From Tubulanus polymorphus (Eukaryota > Animalia > Nemertea), in assembly GCF_964204645.1 (NCBI RefSeq), contig NC_134029.1:11000850-11064849 (forward strand): DNA of 64,000 nt, given 5' to 3'. How positions within the stretch are numbered: position 1 is the first letter of the stretch; each line of letters starts with the position of its first letter. Below, in pieces: positions 28,911 through 39,418 of this stretch. The position numbers and the translations under genes were made by a program. The notes under the pieces were generated by a model. The model was not told the origin of the DNA and made no database searches. It worked only from the letters and a program-made list of their open reading frames with translations.

Positions 28911-30238
28911 GGTTGAAAATTTGTTCAAAGAAATCAGAGATTCGAGTTATAGCGTTTGAGCGGGTTGGATGTCCAGCCTCGTCTCTCCGATATATCAAAA
29001 AAAAGAAAGTGGAATTTACGGTTTGAAGTTTAAAGAACGTTTTCTCGTCGTTGGTTCCTGATCGTCGACTTAAGGATTTTTACCGTAGTTACCCTGTGGT
29101 CGCAAAGCGGAAATCTCAGGGTGCTATACTTTGATATTGACAGATTTGATATAAATGATATTTCAAAATTAACTTTAGCAGTTACTTTATCTTATCTAAC
29201 AATTGGTAATCTAGTAAAAACTACCTTTTAACATAAAAAATTCTTTGATAAATGGTTCATTAATCGAACAAAAAGGACGTAATTTAATTAGAGAAATATA
29301 GTGAAGCAGCAGAACAGTATGGAAAAAAAGGCAAAACTATTTGAACTATTCATGATTCACTTTCACTTTAGAAATATATATATATATAAGTTTATTCACG
29401 CAATAAAGAGAATAATTAACATCTCTAAGTTATAAAATAAAGACCGCGGGATATTATTGCAGCCGGCGGCCGCGACTGCATTTCATACCAGTGGCCGCGG
29501 CCGGCTGCCATACCCTACCTATTTTGGGTTCATGCCAAAACTAACCATTCTAGTATGTATTTTCTCAATGGTTAATGTTAAAAATTAGTCAGAATTTTGA
29601 CTGGGCCAGGGCTTGCAAATGTATGTATTAGGCATCTATGGAAACACTAATGTCTATTTCAACCTGACTTGAGAGCATTCAGGGTGGCCTAGCTGAGTCA
29701 GTTTTGGTAGTACATACCTGATAAAGGTTTTAATAGGACCAGGAAGGACTGGCAGTCGACCTAAAACATCGTTTTTTAATCCATTTGAAACCGTATTGAA
29801 TGATATCCAAAAAGTCTTCATTGAAAGGGGTTCATGAGAGAAAAGAGACTCCATGATTTGAAAGTTTAACAATATGTTTCCGTGCCTATTGACTGAAGTT
29901 TGGTATGTCGGCATGGAAACATATTGTTAAACTGTATTGTAAAAATTCAGGTGATGCCATAGTCATAATCATAGTGTCGTAGCCAGCATGAGGTGTTGAT
30001 CCGCACGATTGATGGGGGGGGGGGGACTTAGCAGGTCATTTCTCACACATTGTTACCGGTATCATAATTTACAAAGGTTTTGGGAATCATTACAGATTGG
30101 GAAAAATTAGCAGATAATCATGATTGGGAAAATGGTCGTCGTTTACCGGGCACATAAATATGGCCTAATAATCGGCAGTGAAGCAATTCATCCTTAATTC
30201 AGAAGTTATCAGAAACGCTACATCTGATTTTGCGCTTA

Positions 30239-31073
30239 AGCCGGGCGCACGTAGGCGATTTTGAGTCGCCAGTAGAAAGATTTAAATCGTCGGCGATTTT
30301 TATGAAAATCGCCGTCAGTCGTCAGCGACCGCACATTAGACGATTTTTATCACCGAATCGCAGGCATCCTCGCTTGCCGGAGCTTGATTCCCGTCCACTG
30401 GAGCTCACGCTTACACAAACCCTGGCCGCAAACCCTCATTATCTATAGTATATTACATTGCCCATTTCTTGGCCAGACAGCGTCCACCAGTCTATATTTC
30501 AGTCCACCAATCAGATGCGTGGTAATTATATAGAACAAACCTGCCGGGAAAAATCAATGCATCTGTTTGGCTAGATAATTATATAGACTGGAGGGCAATA
30601 AGTGTTAACCTGTCCGCCCAAGAAATCTTGGGCTTTTTAACCATTATTATGAAGGGTGTGCGGCCAGGGTTTTTGTTGACGTGAGCCCCGACGAGTGGAA
30701 ATCTAACCCTGACAATCGAGGATGAATCACAGGTCGTGAAGTGGTGCCACATGATAACAAAATGGCCGCATTTCATTTTCGGCTGTGGGGGGTCGCCATT
30801 TTGTGAATGCACATGATTTCTATCTTGGCGCTGATTGGCTGTTTTTGATTGGATTCGAAGCGATTCGTCGCTAGTAGCCGCACACTACGCGATTTGCTGC
30901 CGATCCTCGGCGATCTTGTCGCCGAAAAACTAGCATGCCAGATACTGAGCGATCTTGTCGCCGGCGACGATTTGTCGGCCGACAATGGTTGCCAGTGACC
31001 GCACACTAGGCGATTTCTCGGCGATTGTCGCTTGCGACGAAAATCGCCGAGAAATCGCCTAGTGCTTGTGGCT
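30239..31073. mobile_element. Harbinger-like MITE with internal tcgcc/ggcga subterminal repeats
   Basis: agccgggcgcacgtaggcgattt versus aaatcgcctagtgcttgtggct; GC-rich repeated subterminal motifs. Confidence 0.55.
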
Positions 31074-31845
31074 CAAGTAGGGTATTGCATAGTATAGTTC
31101 CTTCGTTCCTGCTTACTGCGTTGTTCGGTTTATGTGTATCCCAAAGAAAGTTGTCATGTCGACACATTCACATCGCCAGCCATTAACATTCCATGTGTCA
31201 ACGTGTCGACGTATCTACCAACCAACAAATTAACTATTAACGATCTATTAAACTCATACACCAAACACATCACGTGACCAAACACCAGGCCCTTAAGTCG
31301 ACAGCCGCCAAATACAGCGACAAACAAAAAGCTCTCTAGCTCAGCAAATCATAGGTACGCTATGCTCACTTCAAATTAATTACATTTTATTTTACATTTT
31401 ACAACAATTCCAATTAATCTAAGCTATCCACATTATCATGTTGACCACAGTATCGTTATTTCGGCGTTATTTCAATTTCAGTTGAACTGCAAGCACAAGA
31501 GAGTGCAGGATTCGGTAAGTATACCAACCGCAAAATGCGCAACGCTACTCGACACATTTTCTATAAACCCGCACCGGAGACATTGGCACCTGATGCGACG
31601 CAGCTTAAAAGTGCCGGAATAAATCAGGACACTTATACCGCAAAATTCTGGGATACCACCGGGGTGTCTGAACAACTAATGGACTTATGCATAGCTAAAT
31701 ATCCACACATAGAGCTTCTGAGAGACATACTGACTCAGGCAGCGCAAACTGAGGCCGAAACTGATAACAACGATGACGATGATAACTAAATTTGATTGTG
31801 TAATCATTTCGTAAAGAAAACCTTATACATTAATACGTTGTTTAT

Positions 31846-32047
31846 TGGGGTTTTCTGTTACATCACAGAAAACCCTATTGAGATTCGCGTGTTTCTTATT
31901 ATTATTAGGGTTTTCTGTTACATCACAGAAAACCCTATTGAGATTCGCGTGTTTTTTATTATTATTATTATCATTAGGGTTTTCTGTTACATCACAGAAA
32001 ACCCTATTGAGATTCGCGTGTTTCTTATTATTATTATTATTATTATT
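31846..32047 (+). repeat. Three tandem copies of a stem-loop plus (ATT)n unit, resembling HINE 5' ends
   Basis: gggttttctgttacatcacagaaaaccctattgagattcgcgtgtt(att)n x3, with a lengthening ATT tract. Confidence 0.8.
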
Positions 32048-32049
32048 AA

Positions 32050-34070
32050 ATATTTTGGTTTTGTCGCCTGCGACAATTCATTATTTTGGTTTTATCGCCT
32101 GCGACAATTCATTATTTTGGTTTTGTCGCACGCGACAATGCATTATTTTGGTTTTATCGCCCGCGACAATTTTTTTTGTCGCAGTTTTATCGCCTGCGAC
32201 ACTTCAATATTTTGGTTTTATCGCTTGCGACAATTCAATATTTTGGTTTAATCGCTAGCGACAATTCATTATTTTGGTTTAATCGCTCGCGACAATTCAT
32301 TATTTTGGTTTTATCGCCCGTGAAAATTCATTAGTTTGGTTTTGTCGCCCGCGACAATTCAATATTTTGGTTTTATCGCCTGCGACAATTATATATTTTG
32401 GTTTTATCGCCAGCGACAATTCATTATTTTGGTTTTATCGCCTGCGACAATTCATTAGTTTGGTTTTGTCACCCGCGACAAATCAATATTTTGGTTTTGT
32501 CGCCCGCGACAATTCAATATTTTGGTTTTATCGCCCACGACAATTCATTTTTAGCCCACTTGGGACTTAAGTCCCAGTGGGCTATTGCGTTCACTTTTCG
32601 TCCGTCGTCCGTCCGTAGACGGAATCCAGTTATTTTGGGAAGTTTTCAAGACGCTTCAAGGTAACGTCTTGATGTTTGGGTTACACGTGTATCTACCCTA
32701 GACACATCTTCAGCCCAAAAACTGGCCCTGTCAGATTCAAGATGGCCGACTGGCAGCCATTGTTGTTCGCCAAAATCAGCACTTTTTACACATTTTTGAA
32801 CTTTTTGAGGGAAATTTTGAAGACGCTTTGATCAATTACCTTGATCTTTCGGATATATGTGAATCCCTCCAGGGTCCATCAGCATAACAAAAATTGGGTC
32901 GATCGGACTCAAGATGGCCGTACTATGACCTTTTTAGTGGCAAAAAATGTTAATTTTGGCCCGAATTCTGAGTCCTGTAGCTTCCTACTGGTTTACCATT
33001 TCTCATTGCAATTTGTGATGGGTATTCTTTGGCAAGGGATGTTTTATACCCGAGACAGGTATTTTTCATCAGCCAATTATGACGCAATTGGCGGCCATCT
33101 TGGTGTCACCAGTACTCATTCGTAAGTGGGAAAAAGTTTTTCCACATTATATTGATACCTAAGCGTATTTTGTTACCAAAATCATTTAAAAAGTTGTAGC
33201 TCATAACGTGTTCTATGATTGTGGTGAGTTTGAAGGTCATTGGATTTTGTATATGGCCACCAGGGGGCGTTGAATAATGCAATATCTTAGCATTTCTATA
33301 TTATATGCGTACCTATGCATATTTTGTAACCACAATCAATTGGTAAGTTTTAGCTCATGACATCATCTATGATTGTTGCGAGTTTTAAGGAAAATAGTTT
33401 TTTCTATATGGTCACCAGGGGGCGTTGAATAGTAGAATAACTTAATATTTCCTTATTATATTGGTACCTAGGCGTATTTTGTTACCACGATCGATAACAA
33501 AGTTGTAGTTCATGACATGTTCTATGATTGTGGTAAGTTTCGAGGTAATTGGGTTTTGAATATGGTCACCAGGGGGCGTTAAATAGTAGAATAACTTAGT
33601 ATTTGCATATTAAATTGGTAACGAGGCATATTTTGTTATCACAATCAATTACAAAATCGTAGCTGCTGACATGTTCTATGATTGTGGTGAGTTTCAAGTT
33701 CATTGGATTTTGTATATGGTCACCAGGGGGCGTTCAATATCGAAATTGTTAGATTGTTAAGCATTTGGAACCGTTTCCCAAGTGGGCATGGTGTCCCTGG
33801 ACCCCTAGTTTATTTTGTCACCCGCGACAAATCAATAATTTGGTTTTGTCGCGACAATTCAAGATTTTGGTTTTGTCGCCCGCGACAATTCAAGATTTTG
33901 GTTTTATCGCCCGCGACAATTCATTTTTTTGGTTTTGTCGCCCACGACAATTCAATATTTTGGTTTTATCGCCGGCGACAATTGATTATTTTGGTTTTAT
34001 CGCGCGCGACAAATGATTATTTTGGTTTTATTGCCCGCGACAATTACTTTTTTTGGTTTTGTCGCCCACT
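32050..34070 (+). repeat. 31-bp satellite array interrupted by a HINE (32551-33810)
   Basis: Monomer ttttggtttt(a/g)tcgcccgcgacaattcatta. Confidence 0.9.
32551..33810 (+). mobile_element. Helentron-associated non-autonomous element (HINE/DINE-1-like), complete copy
   Basis: 5' stem-loop tagcccac...gtgggcta, (cgtc)n microsatellite, internal 154-155-bp repeats, 3' subTIR aagtgggc plus short hairpin, T-rich insertion site. Confidence 0.75.
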
Positions 34071-34151
34071 TTATTAGCTTTTGAATAATTATGCCAATTA
34101 ATAATGTAATAAAGACTTATGCTTTCGCCTATTTTGAAGTCGATTAATCTG

Positions 34152-34880
34152 ATATAGAACGGAAGCGATAAAGGGCCTCGAGTTGTCGCGTTCAAACTCG
34201 ACAAGTCGCCATATTTATGTCGATATATCGCAATATATCGCGTCAAGTCCACATGAATATGTCTACATATCGCGACGTTTTCACAACAAATTTCGCTTTT
34301 TTGCTCATTTTCCACTGGACAAGCTGTCATTTGAAGACATGTCTAAATGTAAGATGAGGACGCCAGTAATATGACGACTGAGTTTCAAGTCGTCATGAAT
34401 ATGTCGACTTGTCGCGAGGAAAATGGTAAAAAAAAAACGAAATATGTCGTCAAAACGTCACGATATATCGACATATTCATGTCGACTTGACGCGATATAT
34501 CACGGTATGTCGACATAATTATGGCGACTTGTCGAGTTGGAACGCGACATCTCGAGGCCCCTTATCGCTCCCGTAGATATAGTGTCGAATATTAAGGTCA
34601 TTTTGGCAGATTCTTTTTTTTTTAAAGTGATATTAAAGCGATCATTCAAGTGACCCTACTTAATGATAGATCTACGGAAGCGATAAAGGGCCTTGAGTTG
34701 TCGCGTTCCAACTCGACAAGTCGCCATATTTATTTCGATATATCGCGATATATCGAAATAAATATGGCGACTGAGTTTCATATATCGCATCGCATCAAGT
34801 CAACATAAATATGTTGACATATCGTGACGTTTTGACGACTTGAAACTCAGTCGTCATATCACTGGCGTCCTCATCTTTCA
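34152..34880. mobile_element. Fold-back MITE (34152-34582) with a second rearranged copy (34666-34880)
   Basis: acggaagcgataaagggcctcgagttgtcgcgttc versus gaacgcgacatctcgaggccccttatcgctcccgt. Confidence 0.75.
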
Positions 34881-35099
34881 GCAACGCCAGTCACATGGAG
34901 TCGTACGTGTTCTACCTTCTGCGACGCGACACGACTGTCACAACCAACCGACGCGCTCTTGCGACTGGCAGAAACAAGTCGCACACAATCGTATTGCAAC
35001 CGACTTGCACCGAAACTTGCGATGCAACGCGAGGATCACATCGTGTCACAAGACCAACCTACGTCCGGCTTTAAGTTACTGCTGAGCACCAGAAATATC

Positions 35100-35640
35100 T
35101 TTTTTTTCGTTCAAAAGAGTTTTCGCTTGAAAATTCTTTCGTCGGAACAAAATTTATTTCGTTCGAACCAATTATATTCTATACGATTGAACCAATTTGA
35201 AAAAATCGTTAGAACAAAGTTGAACAAACTTTTTTTTGTCCAAACGAAAGGTTTTTCGTTCGAACAATCGTTCAATTGAACAGAATCGTTTTAATTTGAA
35301 CAGAATTTTCTTGTCAGAACATTAAGTTTTTCGTTCGAACAAGTATATTGAAAAAAGTTTTTTCTTCGAACCGAAAGTATGAAGTATTTCGTTCAATCGA
35401 ACAGAATTCTTTTCATTCAAACATTCGTTCGAAAAAATTGTTTTTGCTCGACCAAATTTTTTTGCCGGGACTAAAAATTTTTCATTTCAACAATAACATA
35501 GCTTTTTATTCGAACACATTTTTTGTCAGAATGAAGAAAATTTTTGGTTCAAGCAAAAAGCGTATTATTCGATCAAACAGAATTATTTTCATTCGAACAA
35601 GATTTTCTTGTTGGAACATTAAGTTTTTTGGTCGAACAGC
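35100..35640. repeat. Degenerate ~21-bp minisatellite built on the palindrome gttcgaac
   Basis: Recurrent tttcgttcgaaca variants. Confidence 0.6.
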
Positions 35641-37030
35641 GTGTTAAGGTCGATTCGGAAATTTACTCGGTCTGGTATATGTTGGATTACTGTGTATGTC
35701 ATTTGTCAGGACATTAAACAGAAGACAACTTAGGATACTACCTTGCGTGACTCCACTAGTTTGACCGACTTATTCCAAGATGAGGCGTTCCATTGATTTC
35801 GGCTACAAGTTTTCGTTCAGAGATAACTGCTGAGCCATTTGGGCGACCTATCATTGATACTGCTTCCTAATAGCCTGTTTAGTAATGGCTGATGTTGTGC
35901 CTTATCAAATGCTTTGTTGAAATCCACCGTTGAACAGGATTCTAAGACTGTGCAGAAAACCCGTTATCGCTGCTTTGCAGCTATATTTATTATTATTTTT
36001 TTCCACACATTTTTTGTCAAAAGTACATAGGCTTTTTTACATTACCGCTGTTGCCGATACGATCCGTTTGATATCATTCAGCTCACTTCGATCTACAAAT
36101 ACTCCGTGCAAATTTTGAAGAATCAACGTTACAAAAGCACTGTCGGGCCGTAAACATCGAAAATTGAGCCCCATTCAAAGAGCCGACATGTTTTTCTAAG
36201 TCGTCTTTCCGAAATCTACCGCACGTTTCTTGTCACATCGATTATCAATTCAAGCATCAATTAACAAATTTATTACCCAAAGATTGCACATTCTGTCGCG
36301 GTTTTTAAAAACTAATTTTAACAATAACCCATTTTCCTCATCAAATTATAATACCAATACACAGGAAATTTACTACTTTAGATTTTAAAAGCACTGTCGA
36401 GCCGTAAACATCGACAAATCGACGTGTGTCACTACTTCGTCGTTCCGGGAATCAGCTGCGAGTTTCTCCTCATCATGAGAATCAAATCGAGTACAAATTA
36501 ATTTATTACTACCAGTGATTTGGCTGCGGGCGTCAAGCAGTTAATTTAGCAATACGTATTTTTCTTTACCAAATTTACCGTGTTTTTACTAAGATAAATC
36601 AAAAGTGTACCGGGGAGTCGTAGGCCTAAACTAAACACGCCGAAGAGATATAGCGGAGAAAAGCTGTTATGTCGACGAGGTATCAAAATAAAACAATATA
36701 TTACTTTATTCGGCCGCGGGCCTCCATATCAATACCATCAATACTCTATATTTCCTACAGTACATACCGATCATTGTCAAATCCACAAGGTATTTACTAA
36801 ATACAAGTATAAAACACACTCCTATCCGTATGCTGGACTCACACTTGACATTCGGAGTAAGCGTTCGCGGTGGGGGAAAGGAGATCGTTCGCTGTGTCGC
36901 TTGAAGTGTTTATCGAGTTTTACGCGACCTTAAAGCTTTAGTATGGTGGCTGATAAGATAACAAAACACGAATATGCAAATGAGGGCGACATTACGACAA
37001 AACGACAAAACTAAAATAACGCGAGAAAAC
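35610..37030 (+). repeat. ~1.4-kb block duplicated at ~59580-61300, part of a macro-repeat (block + 31-bp array + HINE)
   Basis: Collinear high similarity by eye; each copy is followed by a 31-bp array and a HINE. Confidence 0.85.
35685..35930 (-). pseudogene. Non-LTR (CR1/Jockey-like) reverse transcriptase fragment; second copy at ~59655-59905
   Basis: Minus strand gives VDFNKAFDKAQH...WLSSYL...SGVTQGSILS..LFNVLTNDI, i.e. RT motifs D.KAFD and GVPQGS. Confidence 0.75.
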
Positions 37031-37034
37031 AATG

Positions 37035-38020
37035 ATTTTGATTTTGTCGCCCGCGACAATTGATTATTTTGGTTTTATCGCCCGCGATAATTCATTATTT
37101 TGGTTTTTTCGCCTGAGAAAATTCATTATTTTCGTTTTATCGCCCTCGACAATTCATTATTACGGTTTTATCGCCCGCGACAATTCATTATTTTGGTTTT
37201 GTCGCCCGCCACAATTCACCATTTTGGTTATGTCGCCCGCAACAATTCATTATTTTTTTTTTATCGCCCGCGACAATTCATTATTTTGGTTTTGTCGCCC
37301 CGACCATTCTTTTTTTGGTTTTGTCGCCCGCGACAATTCATTAGTTTGGTTTTGTCGCCCGCGACAATTCAATATTTTGGTTTTGTCGCCCGCGACAATT
37401 CAATATTTTGGTTTTGTCGCCCGCGACAATTCATTATTTTGGTTTTATCGCCCGCGACAATTCAATATTTTGGTTTTATCGCCCGCGATAATTCATTATT
37501 TTGGTTTTATCGCCCGCGACAATTCATTATTTTGGTTTTGTCGCCCAAGACAATTCATTATGTTAGTTTTATCGCCCGTGACAATTCATTATTTTGGTTT
37601 TATCGCGCGCGACAATTCATTATTTTGGTTTTGTCGCCCGCGACAATTCAATATTTTGGTTTTATCGCCCTCGACAATTCATTACTTTGGTTTTATCTCC
37701 AGCGACAATTCATTATTTTGGTTTTGTCGCCCGCGACAATTCTTGTTTTTGGTTTTGACGCCCGCGACAATTCATTATTTTGGTTTTATCGCCCGCGAAA
37801 ATTCATTAGTTTGGTTTTATCGCCCGCGACAATTCATTAGTTTGGTTTTGTCGCCCGAGACAATTCATTATTTTGGTTTTATCGCCCGCGACAATTCAAT
37901 ATTTTTGTTTTATCGCCCGCGACAATTCATTAGTTTGGTTTTATCGCCCGCGACAATTCATTAGCTTGGTTTTGTCGCCCGCGACAATTCAATATTTTGG
38001 TTTTATCACCCGCGACAATT
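37035..38020 (+). repeat. 31-bp satellite array
   Basis: About 32 monomers. Confidence 0.92.
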
Positions 38021-38655
38021 CTTTTTCAGTCCACTTGGGGCTTTAGTCCCAGCGGGCTATTACGTTCACTTTTCGTCCGTCCGTCGCTCCATAGACGGAA
38101 TCCAGTTATTTTGGGAAGTTTTGAAGACGCTTCAAGGTAATGTCTTGATATTTGGTTTATACATGTATCTACCCTAGACACATCGTCAGCCTAAAAACTG
38201 GCCCTGTCAGATTCAAGATGGCTGACTAGCAGCCATTGTTGTTTGCCAAAATCAGCACTTTTTAAACATTTTCAAAGTTTTCGTGGGAAATTTCGAAGAC
38301 GCTTTGATCAATTACCTTGATCTTTCGTTTATATTTGAATCTACCAAAGGCCCATCAGCATAAGAAAATTGGGTCGATCTGACTCAAGATGGCCGTCCTA
38401 TGACCTTTTTAGTGCTATAAAACCGGTTTTTTAGGTGCCGCTGAATGTCGGCCGTTAAAAAACTGAACAATTCCCATTTGGAAAGGGCCTACGTAGTTAG
38501 ACAAAATTCAAGATGTGTATATCGTGTGATACAGGCTCCATATTTCATGTGCGTTTGGAATTTAACCTTGTTTATAACGAACACGCATGTATTTATGCTA
38601 TTTTAGATTTAACAAGAGCGCACGAAAGTGTTTCATGAGACCCGCAAATAACGTC

Positions 38656-38844
38656 AGTAATAGGGGTAATGGGCTTTCAGATCAAAGGTCGAAGGGTCGA
38701 GCTCATAAAAAAGTGAAAATAACAATAATTTACAGTTGAATTAGTCGCGCACACTCCTAATTCAACTGTAAATTATTGTTATTTTCATTTTTTACTCACT
38801 CGCCCCTTCAACCTTTAACCTGAAAGCCCATTACCCCTATTACT
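38656..38844. repeat. Orphan terminal hairpin of a related Polinton
   Basis: agtaataggggtaatgggctttca...tgaaagcccattacccctattact followed by cttaaaata, as in the main left TIR. Confidence 0.85.
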
Positions 38845-38973
38845 CTTAAAATAATCATATACATGAATAACATTTAAATTGACAGATTATTCAATATAAA
38901 AGTATATATTTACAACATTATTTCAATATTCATATTTGTATGAGTTAGATTTTTAAACATTAAAAGTGTTAGT

Positions 38974-39418
38974 AGTAATAGGGATAATGGGCTTTCAAGC
39001 CAAAGGTCGAACGGTCGAGCTCGTAAAAAATGAAAAACATAAAAATAATTACAATTTCTACTTGAATTAGGAGTGAAACTCATGAAAATGAAAAATAAAT
39101 TCTCACACGCTCGAATTTATTTTTCATTTTATGAGTTTCACTCCTAATTCAAGTAGAAATTGTAATTATTTTTATGTTTTTCATTTTTACTCACCCGCCC
39201 GTTCAACCTTTAGCTTGAAAGCCTATTATCCCTATTACTCTTAAAATATTCATTTAAATCATTGAACTTCTAAAATCAATTTTAATAAAAAATATAGTAT
39301 TAAAATGGAAGCAAATAAGTACTACTGCCCAACATGTAATATCGATATAGATAAATCCCAAAAAGCAAGACACAATAAAACTATAACACATTTAGAGAAT
39401 AAATTGAAACTAGAATAT
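38974..39418 (+). repeat. Left terminal inverted repeat (445 bp; hairpin 38974-39239)
   Basis: Reverse complement of 56868-57312 with only a few mismatches; includes the first 38 pPolB codons. Confidence 0.93.

Larger units (their letters stand above)
26863..29519. mobile_element. Non-autonomous DNA transposon (hAT-like TAGGG termini) carrying captured fragments
   Basis: GC-rich imperfect ~80-bp TIRs ggtagggcatgaaagccggccgcg...ccgcggtctttattt versus aaataaaagaccgcgg...ccggctgccataccctacc; flanks tatttttgg / tattttggg resemble a decayed TSD. Confidence 0.65.

Noticed and set aside
37032-37964. Long ORFs (RQFIILVLSPATIHYFGFIARDNSLFWF repeats) here and at 31796-32664, 33703-34077, 59282-59596 and 61303-63204
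   Set aside because: Translation artefacts of a 31-bp monomer that lacks stops in all plus-strand frames
38965-38970. Candidate 6-bp TSD for the Polinton
   Set aside because: agtgtt (or gttagt) does not match the right flank taggtg
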